Shown here one piece after another: positions 8,600-18,462 of a stretch of 64,000 bases of DNA (its first letter is position 1; every line of letters begins with the position of its first letter). Location of the stretch: the NCBI GenBank assembly GCA_026710105.1, contig JAPORR010000152.1, forward strand, positions 1,196-65,195, in the 5' to 3' direction. The notes beneath the pieces were generated by a model. It ran no database searches and was not told the DNA's origin. It was given only the letters and a program-made list of their open reading frames with translations. The translations under genes and the position numbers were made by a program. Source of the DNA: Alphaproteobacteria bacterium. GTDB taxonomy: Bacteria > Pseudomonadota > Alphaproteobacteria > Bin95.

Positions 8600-9498
8600 A
8601 GGTTACGGCGCTTTCTGGCGGTGTCGGCGGCGCAAAGCTGGCAGAAGGGCTCATGCGCGCCGGCGCCGAACTGACGGTGATTGCCAATACCGGGGACGAT
8701 TTCGAGCATTTGGGCCTTTCGATTTCGCCCGATATAGACTCGCTGGTCTATGCGCTTGCAGGCCTTGCTGACCGGGAACGGGGCTGGGGCCGGGCGAACG
8801 AGACATGGTCGTTCATGTCAGCGCTGGGAGCGCTCGGCGGTGAAACCTGGTTCAATCTCGGCGACGGCGACCTGGCGATGCATGTACTCCGCAGCGAGCA
8901 CCTCGCGGCGGGGGCGCCGCTGTCGGCCGTCACCGCCGCGATGGCCCGGCAGCTCGGCCTGGGTGCGCGCGTGATTCCGGCGACCGACCAGAGATTGCGC
9001 ACCCTGGTCGAGACCGAGACCGGGCGGCTCGCCTTCCAGCATTATTTCGTGCGTGAGCGCACGGCCCCGCGCATCGCCGGTTTCACTTTCGAGGGTGCAG
9101 AGGCCGCCCTCCCAGCACCCGGGGCGCTTGAGGCGCTGGGCGATGCCGAACGCATCGTCATTTGCCCCTCGAACCCCTATATCAGCATCGACCCGATCCT
9201 CGCCGTCGCAGGCTACCGGGAAGCCGTGCAGAGTGCCGTCTGCGTGTCCCCCCTCATCGGCGGCAGAGCCGTGAAAGGACCGACGGCGAAAATGATGTCA
9301 GAGCTTGGGCTGGAGCCGTCGTCGCAGGCGGTCGCGCGGCATTATCGTGGCTTGATACGCGCGCTGGTCATTGATGAGGCGGACGCGCATGAGGCGCCGA
9401 GCGTGGAGGCCGAGGGCGTGCGCGCTGTCGTCGCGCCCACATTGATGACCGGGCCGAAGGACGCCGAACGGCTAGCCCATATCGTTCTGGAAGCCTGA
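8596..9498 (+). CDS. cofD: 2-phospho-L-lactate transferase (LPPG:FO transferase)
   Basis: MKVTALSGGVGGAKLAEGL...VIANTGDDFEHLGLSISPDIDSLVYALAG...ICPSNPYISIDPIL, the CofD/FbiA signature. GTGA overlap with cofE. Confidence 0.85.
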   Translation: MKVTALSGGVGGAKLAEGLMRAGAELTVIANTGDDFEHLGLSISPDIDSLVYALAGLADRERGWGRANETWSFMSALGALGGETWFNLGDGDLAMHVLRSEHLAAGAPLSAVTAAMARQLGLGARVIPATDQRLRTLVETETGRLAFQHYFVRERTAPRIAGFTFEGAEAALPAPGALEALGDAERIVICPSNPYISIDPILAVAGYREAVQSAVCVSPLIGGRAVKGPTAKMMSELGLEPSSQAVARHYRGLIRALVIDEADAHEAPSVEAEGVRAVVAPTLMTGPKDAERLAHIVLEA

Positions 9499-9499
9499 C

Positions 9500-10114
9500 A
9501 TGCCGGACCCGCTCGGCAATTTCTCCTTCACCTGGCCGCTCTATGCGGCGTTTCTGGTCGCCTATCTGCTGGGCAGCATCCCCTTCGGCCTGCTACTCAC
9601 CCGCCTCGCCGGGGCGGGTGATCTCAGGCAGGTCGGCTCCGGCAATATCGGCGCGACCAATGTGCTGCGCACCGGGCGCAAGGGGCTGGCGGCGCTCACC
9701 CTGCTGTTCGACGCTGGTAAGGGGGCTGCGGCAGTGGCAGTAGCGGACCACTGGTTCGGCCCGAGCATGGCGGTGTTCGCGGCACTCGGCGTGATCGCCG
9801 GCCATGTTGCGCCGGTTTGGCTGCGCTTTCGCGGCGGCAAGGGCGTGGCGACTACCTTCGGTGTGTTGTGGGTGTTCTCCTGGCCGGTCGGCGTGGCGGC
9901 CGCGGCCATATGGCTCGCGATGGCCTTGCTCTTTCGCTACTCGTCTCTGGCGGCGATCCTCGCCATCGGCTCCTCGCCGGCCTGGGCCTGGGCGCTAACC
10001 GGGGTCGCCGAAGCGGAGGTGACCGGCCTGATTGCGGTCGCGGTGGTCGCGCGCCATGCCGGCAATATCCGCCGGCTGCTGAAAGGTGAGGAAAGCCGGA
10101 TCCGGTTTCGATGA
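9500..10114 (+). CDS. plsY: glycerol-3-phosphate acyltransferase PlsY
   Basis: GSIPFGLLLTRLAGAGDLRQVGSGNIGATNVLRTGRKGLAA, the canonical PlsY motif block, in a polytopic membrane protein. Confidence 0.9.
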   Translation: MPDPLGNFSFTWPLYAAFLVAYLLGSIPFGLLLTRLAGAGDLRQVGSGNIGATNVLRTGRKGLAALTLLFDAGKGAAAVAVADHWFGPSMAVFAALGVIAGHVAPVWLRFRGGKGVATTFGVLWVFSWPVGVAAAAIWLAMALLFRYSSLAAILAIGSSPAWAWALTGVAEAEVTGLIAVAVVARHAGNIRRLLKGEESRIRFR

Positions 10115-10829
10115 CGGTTGCGCCTTGCATGGACGCTTGGCATCGGGCCGGTACACTATTTCGAGCTTGTCGAGCAGCTCGGATCACCGAAAGCGGCGCT
10201 GGAGGCGCCGCCCGGCTTCCGAGCGGGAAGTGGAGAAAAGGCTGGCGGCTTTGGACCGACTCGAGGTCCTGCCAGTCTGGTTCAGCGATGACGACTACCC
10301 CGAGGTACTCTCGCGGATTGCGGACCCGCCGCCCTTTCTGACGAAGCTGGGCGACTTGGCGCTCGCGGCGGCGCCGGTCATCGCCATGGTGGGTGCCCAC
10401 AATGTCTCCACGGCCGGCCAGCGCATTGTTGAGCGGCTGCGCGGGTGGCCGACGACGAAGGCCGCGAGGTGGGGGCTGTGCCCGGCTCGCCGCTGGACCC
10501 ATGCAATGCCGGCCGTCACGACCTGATCCGCAATGGCGCTCGTCACCCGTGCCGAGGACACTGCCAAAGCGCTCGCCGACAGCATCGCACCAAAGCCGGC
10601 CCGCGCCATATCGCCGCCGCCGGCCTCTGCCACTTCTACCGCCGTCAAAGACGGCGAGAGTGGATCCGCGCTGCTCTCGGCGCTTGGCCTCGTGCCTGTC
10701 ACGGTTGACGAACTGGCCCGCCGGTGTCACTTGTCGAGTGTTGTCGTGGCCGCCATGCTTCTGAATCTTGAGCTAGCAGGCCGTGTCGAACGGCATCCTG
10801 GGCAACGGGTTTCGTTGATATCGAGATGA
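10115..10829 (+). pseudogene. dprA: dprA (DNA-processing protein A) relic with frameshifts and an internal deletion
   Basis: DprA-like peptide segments are spread over reading frames: GIGPVHYFELVEQLGSPKAALEA; DDDYPEVLSRIADPPPFLTKLGDLALAAAPVIAMVGAHNVSTAG; [14 protein letters not shown]...DLIRNGA; and a C-terminal winged-helix-like [35 protein letters not shown]. Only about 715 nt lie between plsY and topA, and the Rossmann core (SGxARGID region) is missing. Confidence 0.6.
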
Positions 10830-13450
10830 GTGCTGAGAATATCGTCGTCGTGGAATCGCCGGCCAAGGCAAAGACGATCAACAAATATCTGGGAGGAAAC
10901 TTCCGGGTATTGGCGAGTTTCGGTCATGTTCGCGACCTGCCGCCCAAGGACGGCTCCGTAGCCCCCGACAGGGATTTCGCCATGTCGTGGCAGATGGACG
11001 AGCGCGGCAGGAAGCATATCGGCGAGATCGCCAGGGCGGTGAAGGGCGCTTCCCGGCTTTATCTCGCCACTGACCCCGACCGTGAGGGCGAGGCAATTTC
11101 CTGGCATGTACGCGAGGCCTTGGCGAGCCGCAAGGCATTGAACGGGGTCGAGGTCAGCCGCGTCGTCTTCCACGAAGTTACCAGGAACGCGGTGCTTGAT
11201 GCGGTCGCCAATCCGCGCGGTATCAACCAGGAACTGGTGGATGCCTATCTTGCGCGCCGTGCGCTCGACTATCTGGTAGGCTTCACGCTCTCGCCGGTGC
11301 TCTGGCGCAAGCTGCCGGGCGCGCGTTCAGCAGGGCGGGTGCAGTCCGTGGCGCTGCGCCTCGTCTGTGACCGGGAGGCAGAGATCGAGTCGTTCCGGGC
11401 GCGCGAATACTGGACCGTCGATGCCGATTTCGAGACCGCGGCCGGTGCGGTGTTCCGTGCCCGACTCACCCATCTCGACGGCAAGAAGATCGGCCCCCAT
11501 GCGATAGCGGACGAGGGGGCGGCGCTGGCCGTCAAGGTGCGGCTAGAAGACGCTGCATACCGGATCGCCGCTGTCGGGAAAAACCAGGGGCGCCGCAATC
11601 CTGCACCACCCTTCACCACTTCAACCCTCCAGCAGGAGGCGTCACGGCGGCTCGGTTTCGGCGCCGCGCGTGCCATGCGCGTTGCCCAGCAGCTCTATGA
11701 GGGCATTGATCTCAACGGGGAGAGCGTCGGGCTCATCACTTATATGCGGACCGATAGCGTGGCACTGAGCAACGAGGCCCTGGACGGGGCACGCCGGCTG
11801 ATTGGCCCGGAGTTCGGCGAGGCCTATCTGCCGCCGAAGCCCCGGCGTTATCGCTCTTCGGCACGCAATGCCCAGGAGGCCCATGAAGCGATCCGCCCGA
11901 CGGATATGGGCCGGCGTCCGCAGGATGTCCGTAGCCTGCTCGAATCGGACCAGTTCCGGCTCTACGAGCTGATCTGGAAACGCGCTGTCGCCAGCCAGAT
12001 GGCCGCGGCTGTATTCGATCGCACTACCGTCGATGTGGAGGCGACTGACGGCCGTGCGACGCTGCGAGCGACCGGCTCCGTCATCCGCTTCGATGGCTTC
12101 CTGAAGCTCTACCGCGAAGGCCGCGACGACGCAGCGGATGGCGAGGATGAGGGTCGGGCGCTACCGCTTGTCGCCAAGGGCGAACCTGCGCAGCGCAAGG
12201 CCGTGGAAACGGAGCAGCACTTCACCCAGCCACCGCCGCGCTATACGGAGGCGAGCCTTGTCAAGCGGCTGGAAGAGCTCGGCATCGGCCGACCCTCCAC
12301 CTATGCCTCCATCATCCAGGTGCTGCAGGACCGCGACTATGTCCGGTTAGAGCGCAAGCGGTTCGTGCCCGAAGACCGCGGGCGCATCGTCACGGCGTTC
12401 TTGCGGAATTTCTTCGAACGCTATGTGGAATACGAGTTCACCGCCGATCTGGAGGAAAAGCTCGACGCGGTCTCGAATGGACGCATCGAATGGCGCACGT
12501 TGATGCACGAGTTCTGGGACGCCTTTCAGGCCAAAGTCGAGGAAACGCAGGAGCTACGCATCTCCCATGTCATTGATGCACTCGACAAGGAGCTGGACGC
12601 GCATTTCTTCCCGGAAACCGAAGACGGCAAGGATCCGCGTCTCTGCCCGGTTTGCAGCGAGGGCCGTCTCGGTTTGCGGCTGGGCCGCCACGGCGCCTTC
12701 TTCGGCTGCTCGCGCTATCCCGACTGCCACCATGTCCGCCCGCTGACGGCAGCGGAAGGCGAATTCGAAAACGGTCCGCGCATTCTCGGCAACCAACCGG
12801 GGAGCGGGCTGGAGGTCTCGGTGCGCAAGGGGCCCTACGGCTTCTATGTCCAGCTTGCGGGAGAGAACGGGACCAAGCCAAAACGCGTCTCCGCCCCGCG
12901 CGGTGCTAATCCGGCCGAAGTCACCCTGGAGCAGGCGCTGGGCCTCCTGTCCCTGCCACGCGAGGTGGGACTGCATCCCGAAACCGGCAAGCCGATCTCG
13001 GCCGGTATCGGGCGCTACGGCCCCTATCTCCGCTATGACGGCGCCTATGTCTCGATCCCGCGCGATGACGATGTGCTGGCGATCGGGCTCAACCGGGCCG
13101 TGGTGCTGATCGCGGAGAAGAAGAGCGGCCGTGCCGCCGGACCGTTGAAGGAACTCGGCATGCATCCCGCAGACGGTAAGCCGGTCACTGTGCATAGCGG
13201 CCGCTACGGACCCTATGTGAAGCACGGTCGCATCATGGCTTCGCTGCCCAAGGGGCAGGAGCCCGGGGAGGCGACGCTCGAAATTGCCCTGCCATTGCTG
13301 GAGCAGAAGAAAGCCGTTGCCGGCAAAGCGGCTGGCCGCAAGGCGCCCGCACGCAAGACCACTGCGAAGCCGAAAGCCGCTTCCGGGACGGGCGCCCGCT
13401 CGCGCAAGGCCGCCGCCGCAAAGAAGCCCGAACCGCGTGGCGCTGCCTGA
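10826..13450 (+). CDS. topA: DNA topoisomerase I
   Basis: 874 aa. Toprim N-terminus VVVESPAKAKTINKYLG, active-site region YMRTDS, C-terminal zinc-ribbon repeats (CPVCSEGRL...CSRYPDC) and a basic tail. Confidence 0.95.
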   Translation: MSAENIVVVESPAKAKTINKYLGGNFRVLASFGHVRDLPPKDGSVAPDRDFAMSWQMDERGRKHIGEIARAVKGASRLYLATDPDREGEAISWHVREALASRKALNGVEVSRVVFHEVTRNAVLDAVANPRGINQELVDAYLARRALDYLVGFTLSPVLWRKLPGARSAGRVQSVALRLVCDREAEIESFRAREYWTVDADFETAAGAVFRARLTHLDGKKIGPHAIADEGAALAVKVRLEDAAYRIAAVGKNQGRRNPAPPFTTSTLQQEASRRLGFGAARAMRVAQQLYEGIDLNGESVGLITYMRTDSVALSNEALDGARRLIGPEFGEAYLPPKPRRYRSSARNAQEAHEAIRPTDMGRRPQDVRSLLESDQFRLYELIWKRAVASQMAAAVFDRTTVDVEATDGRATLRATGSVIRFDGFLKLYREGRDDAADGEDEGRALPLVAKGEPAQRKAVETEQHFTQPPPRYTEASLVKRLEELGIGRPSTYASIIQVLQDRDYVRLERKRFVPEDRGRIVTAFLRNFFERYVEYEFTADLEEKLDAVSNGRIEWRTLMHEFWDAFQAKVEETQELRISHVIDALDKELDAHFFPETEDGKDPRLCPVCSEGRLGLRLGRHGAFFGCSRYPDCHHVRPLTAAEGEFENGPRILGNQPGSGLEVSVRKGPYGFYVQLAGENGTKPKRVSAPRGANPAEVTLEQALGLLSLPREVGLHPETGKPISAGIGRYGPYLRYDGAYVSIPRDDDVLAIGLNRAVVLIAEKKSGRAAGPLKELGMHPADGKPVTVHSGRYGPYVKHGRIMASLPKGQEPGEATLEIALPLLEQKKAVAGKAAGRKAPARKTTAKPKAASGTGARSRKAAAAKKPEPRGAA

Positions 13451-15512
13451 CCGCAACGACCTGATCGCGTTCATCGCGGAACATGGCGGGCCGGTAGACC
13501 GCAAGCAGATCGCCCGTGCCTTTCGCCTCAAGGGTGCCGAGCGCGCAGCATTGCGGAAGCTGTTGCGGGAGTTGGAAACCGAGGGCGCCATAGACCGCCG
13601 GCAGGGCCGGCGCGTCGCCAGCGGCCTTCCAGAAGTAACCGTAGTGGAAGTGACGGGGCGCATGGAAGACGGCGCGCTACTCGCATGTCCGGCGAGGCGG
13701 AAGGGCGTGCCTGCACCCGACATCGTCGTCAATGAGCCGGGAGCGGGGCCGCTTCCCGCCACAGGCGCTAAGCTGCTGGTGCGTCTCAGGCCAGCGGGCG
13801 ACGGCGGCTATTTGGCCCGCGTCATCCGCCGACTGACGGCCCCCGCCGCCGACATTCTGGGCATAGTGGCGGAAGACGGGGGCGGGCTGGTTTTTCGGCC
13901 CGCAGATCGAGGGCGTCATCGGGAGTTTACCATATCGGAGGCGGGCGGCGCGATGCCGGGCGAGGTCGTCCGCGCTGCGGTTTTGCCGGGGCGGCGAGGA
14001 CCGCGCCGCGCGATCCGCGTGGTCGAGCGCCTCGGCCGTCATGACGGGTCGGGCGCGCTCTCGACGCTCACCCTGCTGGAACACGGCATCAAGGAGCCGT
14101 TCCCACCGGAGGCGCTGGCGGAGGCGGACGCCGCGCAGCTGCCAGATCCCGCCAGGCGTACTGATCTCACCGGCATGGCGTTCGTGACCGTGGATGATGA
14201 AGACGCCCGCGATTTCGATGATGCGGTGTTCGCGGAGCCAGACGGTGAGGGGGGCTGGCGCGTCACTGTTGCCATCGCCGACATCGCCTCCCTTGTGATG
14301 CCTGGAAGCGCCCTCGACCGCGAGGCGGCACGGCGCGGCAATTCGGTGTATATGCCAGACCGAGCCGTGCCGATGTTGCCACCCCGCCTTTCCGCCGGGC
14401 TCGGCAGCCTCCTGCCTGGCGAGGAGCGGCCCTGCCTCGCCGTGGAGCTGCGGATCGGACCGGCAGGTGCCCTGCGCGGTCACCGCTTCCGGCGCGGGTG
14501 GATGCGCTCTTCGGCCCGGCTCACCTATAACGCCCTTCAGGAGGCGCTCAACGGGCCGGATACGCCTCCACATCTGGCGCATCTGGAAGGAGCCTTCCGC
14601 GCCCTAGAGCGCGCCCGACGGCGGCGCGGGGCACTTGAGATCGATCTGCCAGAACGCCGGGTGGTCTTCGACAGGGAAGGAACACCCATTTCAGTGGTCG
14701 CCCGCGACAGGCTAACGGCCCACCGGATTGTCGAAGAGTTTATGATCGCGGCGAATGTCGCCGCCGCTGAAACGCTTGAGGCAAAGGGCCAGATCTGCAT
14801 GCGGCGGGTCCATGATCGGCCAGACCCAGCAGCGGTGGAGGCGATGCGAAGCCTACTGCGCGATCTGGGTTATCCGGTTTCCTTCGGCGAATTGCAGCGC
14901 CCGAAACAATTCAACGCCCTGCTCGCCCGGCTAGCGGACACGCCGTTCATCGCGCTGGTACACGAACTGGTGCTGCGCGCCCAGTCCCGAGCCGTCTATA
15001 CACCGGAGCTGCGTGGCCATTTCGGCCTTGGTCTCGCGCGCTATGCGCATTTCACCTCGCCAATCCGGCGCTATGCCGACTTGATCGTGCATCGCGCGCT
15101 GATCGCTGCGCTCGGCCTCGGTGCCGGCCGGCTCACGGACGAATCCGGCTTCTACGAGCTCGCCGCGCATATCTCCACGACGGAGCGGCGCGCGGCCGCG
15201 GCGGAGCGGCGGGCGCTCGACCGCTACGCTGTCGCACTGCTGGAAGGACGTGCGGGAGAGGTTTTCGAGGGGCGCATCGTCGGCGTCCAGCGCTTCGGCC
15301 TCTTCCTGCGTCTGGCCGAAGAGGGCTTGGACGGCATGCTGCCCGTCGCCGCGCTTGGCAGCGGGTATTTCCGCCATGATGCGCGACGCCATGCCCTCAT
15401 CGGTGGTGCTGCCGGCCGCGCTTACCGGCTTGGTGACACGCTCCGCGTCCGCCTCACGGCAGCTAACCCCATCAACGGTGGTGTGACACTGGCTTTGGCA
15501 GAAGGCGGATAA
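13437..15512 (+). CDS. rnr: ribonuclease R
   Basis: Part of ORF 13284..15512. RNB-domain motifs TVDDEDARDFDDAV and HFGL..YAHFTSPIRRYADLIVHR, plus a C-terminal S1 domain (GRIVGVQRFGLFLRL). I placed the start at GTG 13437, overlapping the topA end. This position is uncertain. Confidence 0.85.
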   Translation: MALPDRNDLIAFIAEHGGPVDRKQIARAFRLKGAERAALRKLLRELETEGAIDRRQGRRVASGLPEVTVVEVTGRMEDGALLACPARRKGVPAPDIVVNEPGAGPLPATGAKLLVRLRPAGDGGYLARVIRRLTAPAADILGIVAEDGGGLVFRPADRGRHREFTISEAGGAMPGEVVRAAVLPGRRGPRRAIRVVERLGRHDGSGALSTLTLLEHGIKEPFPPEALAEADAAQLPDPARRTDLTGMAFVTVDDEDARDFDDAVFAEPDGEGGWRVTVAIADIASLVMPGSALDREAARRGNSVYMPDRAVPMLPPRLSAGLGSLLPGEERPCLAVELRIGPAGALRGHRFRRGWMRSSARLTYNALQEALNGPDTPPHLAHLEGAFRALERARRRRGALEIDLPERRVVFDREGTPISVVARDRLTAHRIVEEFMIAANVAAAETLEAKGQICMRRVHDRPDPAAVEAMRSLLRDLGYPVSFGELQRPKQFNALLARLADTPFIALVHELVLRAQSRAVYTPELRGHFGLGLARYAHFTSPIRRYADLIVHRALIAALGLGAGRLTDESGFYELAAHISTTERRAAAAERRALDRYAVALLEGRAGEVFEGRIVGVQRFGLFLRLAEEGLDGMLPVAALGSGYFRHDARRHALIGGAAGRAYRLGDTLRVRLTAANPINGGVTLALAEGG

Positions 15513-15614
15513 CGGCGTCCCGCTCGCCGGTTGCTTCGACCATGCCGCCCGGCGCTTCCGGGGTAGCGACCGGGGCGCTATGTTGAGCGGTACTCGAGGA
15601 GGGAAGGGTCGGCC

Positions 15615-16730
15615 ATGCCCGCCAATAGGAAACTGTTCGTTCTTGCCGGCGACGGCATCGGTCCCGAGGTCGTGGGGCAGGTGCGCCGCGTGGTGGACTG
15701 GATGGACCAGCGCCGCCATGTCTCTTTCGATATCGCCGAGGGTCTGGTCGGTGGGGCGGCTATCGATGCCCACGGCCTGCCGCTTGCCGACGAGACGCTG
15801 GCCGATGCGGTCGCGTCGGACGCGGTGCTATTCGGCTCGGTTGGCGGACCGAAATGGGAGGCCCTACCCTTCGAGATACAGCCCGAGCGCGGCCTTCTGC
15901 GGCTACGCAAGGAGATGGACCTGTTCGCCAATCTCCGACCCGCCATCGTGTTTGACGCGCTGGCCGACGCCTCCTCGCTCAAGCGCGAGGTCGTCTCCGG
16001 CTTGGACATCATGATCCTGCGCGAGCTCACGGGCGGCATCTATTTCGGCGAACCGCGCGGCATTGAGGACCTAGGCGATGGCGTCCGGCGCGGCGTCAAC
16101 ACGCAGGTCTATACGACGCCCGAGATCGAGCGTGTCGCCCGGGTCGGCTTCGAGCTGGCCCGCAAGCGCGCCAACCGCGTCATGTCGGTCGAGAAGGCCA
16201 ATGTCATGGAGAGCGGCAAGATGTGGCGCGAGGATGTACAGCGCATCCGTGACGACGAGTTCCCCGATGTAGAGCTTGCGCACATGTATGCCGACAATTG
16301 CGCCATGCAGCTTGTGCGCAACCCGAAGCAGTTCGACGTGATCATCACAGACAACCTATTTGGCGACCTGCTGTCGGACTGCGCGGCGATGCTGACCGGC
16401 TCGCTCGGCATGCTGCCCTCGGCCTCGCTCGGAGCGGAAGATCCGGTGACGGACCGGCGCCTCTCGCTCTATGAACCGGTGCATGGCAGCGCGCCCGACA
16501 TTGCCGGGCAGAACCTTGCCAATCCGCTCGCCGAATTACTCTCCTTCTCGATGATGCTGCGCTACAGCTTCGACATGGGCGAGGATGCGGACCTTGTGGA
16601 TCGCGCAGTGGAGACCGTGCTGGCTGCGGGCGTGCGCACCGCTGATATCGCCGAGCCAGGCCGCCGCCCTGTTTCCTGCTCCGCCATGGGCGACGCTGTG
16701 CTGGCGGCACTGGACAGGCTGGCGGCGTAG
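15615..16730 (+). CDS. leuB: 3-isopropylmalate dehydrogenase
   Basis: 371 aa with [26 protein letters not shown] and [14 protein letters not shown] motifs. Confidence 0.95.
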   Translation: MPANRKLFVLAGDGIGPEVVGQVRRVVDWMDQRRHVSFDIAEGLVGGAAIDAHGLPLADETLADAVASDAVLFGSVGGPKWEALPFEIQPERGLLRLRKEMDLFANLRPAIVFDALADASSLKREVVSGLDIMILRELTGGIYFGEPRGIEDLGDGVRRGVNTQVYTTPEIERVARVGFELARKRANRVMSVEKANVMESGKMWREDVQRIRDDEFPDVELAHMYADNCAMQLVRNPKQFDVIITDNLFGDLLSDCAAMLTGSLGMLPSASLGAEDPVTDRRLSLYEPVHGSAPDIAGQNLANPLAELLSFSMMLRYSFDMGEDADLVDRAVETVLAAGVRTADIAEPGRRPVSCSAMGDAVLAALDRLAA

Positions 16731-16822
16731 TCTCCTGAAGACACTTGCCCCCGGCAATCGATGACGGGACAGCTTGAATGAGTGAAGCGCCGTATTTGCA
16801 ATGGCGCGCTGCCACGCTGCTT

Positions 16823-17224
16823 TCAGATGCGGCGCGGTGGTTCCCAGCCCGGTGGAGCGATCTCGAAGCCTTCAAAGGTGAATGCGGGGGCGACGATGCA
16901 GCCGGCGAGGCTCCACGGACCGAAGGACTGGCAACGCTGCCACTCGTGTGTCGGCACGACCGCCTGGAGCTCATGGCCCGCCTCTAGCGGCCCAAGCGTC
17001 ACACGCCCGGTGTCCATCTCCAGGACCAGCGGCGCGCCGGCATGCCAGACCCAGATCTCCGACGCATCGACCCGGTGCCAGCGCGACGGCTCTGCTTCCA
17101 GGAGGAAGTAGATCGAGGTGACGGCTGTCCGCCCCGTGCCCGGCGCACGGTAGATCTCTCGATAGAAGCCGCCTTCCGGATGCGGTACCAGGCCGAGACG
17201 GCGAATGACATCTTCCGCGTTCAT
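16823..17224 (-). CDS. cupin-fold protein (DUF985 family)
   Basis: 133 aa. LGLVPHPEGGFYREIYRA...IYFLLE....WHRV....WVWHAGAPL is typical of DUF985 cupins. Confidence 0.7.
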   Translation of the reverse strand: MNAEDVIRRLGLVPHPEGGFYREIYRAPGTGRTAVTSIYFLLEAEPSRWHRVDASEIWVWHAGAPLVLEMDTGRVTLGPLEAGHELQAVVPTHEWQRCQSFGPWSLAGCIVAPAFTFEGFEIAPPGWEPPRRI

Positions 17225-17301
17225 GCTATCTCCATGCTCTCCGTCACTTGGGTGATGGCGTCCAGCTTCTCCTGTCGGTGCCGCCCTGCTGTTTCTTGCT
17301 G

Positions 17302-18462
17302 TTACTTGTAGGGGTCGGCGGCATCACGCAGGCCGTCGCCGAGGAAGTTGAAAGCGAGCACCGTCACGACGACTGGCACGACAGGCAGCATCAGCCAGGG
17401 ATAGAGCGTCACGACATTCATGTTCTGCGCCTCCGCTAGCAGCACGCCCCAGCTTGTCACCGGTGGCCGCAGGCCGAGACCGAGATAGCTGAGCGCCGTT
17501 TCGCCAAGGATCATGCCCGGGATCGATAGCGTGGCCGAAGCGATCAGGTGGCTTGCGAAACCGGGCAGCAAGTGGCGCCCGATAATGCGCCCGGGTCTGG
17601 CACCCATCAGTTGCGCGGCGGTGCAGAAATCCTCTTCCCGCAGTGCCAAAAGCTTGGACCGCACGGCGCGTGCAAGCCCCGTCCAGTCGAGCAGGCCCAG
17701 AATGATGGTGATGCCGAAAAAGACCAGCACTGGCGACCAGGTGACCGGTAGGGCGGCCGACAGCGCCATCCAGAGCGGCAGTTCTGGGAAGGAGCGCACG
17801 ATCTCGATGATACGCTGCGAGATGCTGTCCACCCAACCACCGTAATAGCCGGCGAGCCCGCCGATGACGATGCCGAGCGCGAACGAGATGGCGATACCGA
17901 ACAGGCCCACCGTGAGCGAAATGCGCGCACCGTAGATGATGCGCGAGAGTACGTCGCGCCCGAGCCGATCCGTGCCGAGCAGGAAGAGGGTGGCGCCATC
18001 GCGGTCGGCTGGGCAGACGAGATGCAGATCCGCCTCGAACAGGCCCCAGAAGCGGTAGCTGTCGCCACGACATAAGAAGCGCAGTGGATAGATCTTTTCC
18101 GGATCCTCGACATAGACGCGCCTCAATTGCGTGAGGTCAAGCGAACGGGAATAGCCATAGACGAATGGCCCGACGAACGCGCCGTCATGGAAGAAATGCA
18201 CGGTCTGCGGCGGCGCATGGATATGGCGGATATTGCGACTGTGCAGGTTGTAGGGCGCCAGGAACTCAGAAATGAGAACTGAGGCGTAGAGCAAGAGCAG
18301 CACGACGCCGGAGGCCACGGCGAGCTTGTGGCGCTTCAGCTTCCACCACATCAGCTGCCATTGCGTGGCGAGGTAGTAGCGTTCCTGCTCGGGCGTCAGC
18401 GCCTCGGTTGTATGCGGATCCCACGGCGCAGTATCGACGAAATGTTCGGGCCGGTTATTCAT
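17302..18462 (-). CDS. ABC transporter permease (peptide/opp-type, YejE-like)
   Basis: 386 aa, polytopic. EAA-type loop ALREEDFCTAAQLMGARPGRIIGRHLLP. 4-nt overlap with the upstream permease. Confidence 0.85.
   Translation of the reverse strand: MNNRPEHFVDTAPWDPHTTEALTPEQERYYLATQWQLMWWKLKRHKLAVASGVVLLLLYASVLISEFLAPYNLHSRNIRHIHAPPQTVHFFHDGAFVGPFVYGYSRSLDLTQLRRVYVEDPEKIYPLRFLCRGDSYRFWGLFEADLHLVCPADRDGATLFLLGTDRLGRDVLSRIIYGARISLTVGLFGIAISFALGIVIGGLAGYYGGWVDSISQRIIEIVRSFPELPLWMALSAALPVTWSPVLVFFGITIILGLLDWTGLARAVRSKLLALREEDFCTAAQLMGARPGRIIGRHLLPGFASHLIASATLSIPGMILGETALSYLGLGLRPPVTSWGVLLAEAQNMNVVTLYPWLMLPVVPVVVTVLAFNFLGDGLRDAADPYK

Noticed and set aside
9852-10730. 292-aa minus-strand ORF over the plsY end and the dprA relic
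   Set aside because: Arg/Pro/Gly-rich antisense shadow. The sense strand carries recognisable PlsY and DprA peptide segments.
12554-13762. 402-aa minus-strand ORF
   Set aside because: Antisense to the topA 3' end and the rnr 5' end. Low-complexity Arg/Ala/Ser/Pro composition with no family resemblance.
16787-16807. GCGCC-N11-GGCGC as a possible bidirectional terminator between leuB and the cupin gene
   Set aside because: Only a 5-bp stem with an 11-nt loop and no U-tract. Too weak to annotate.
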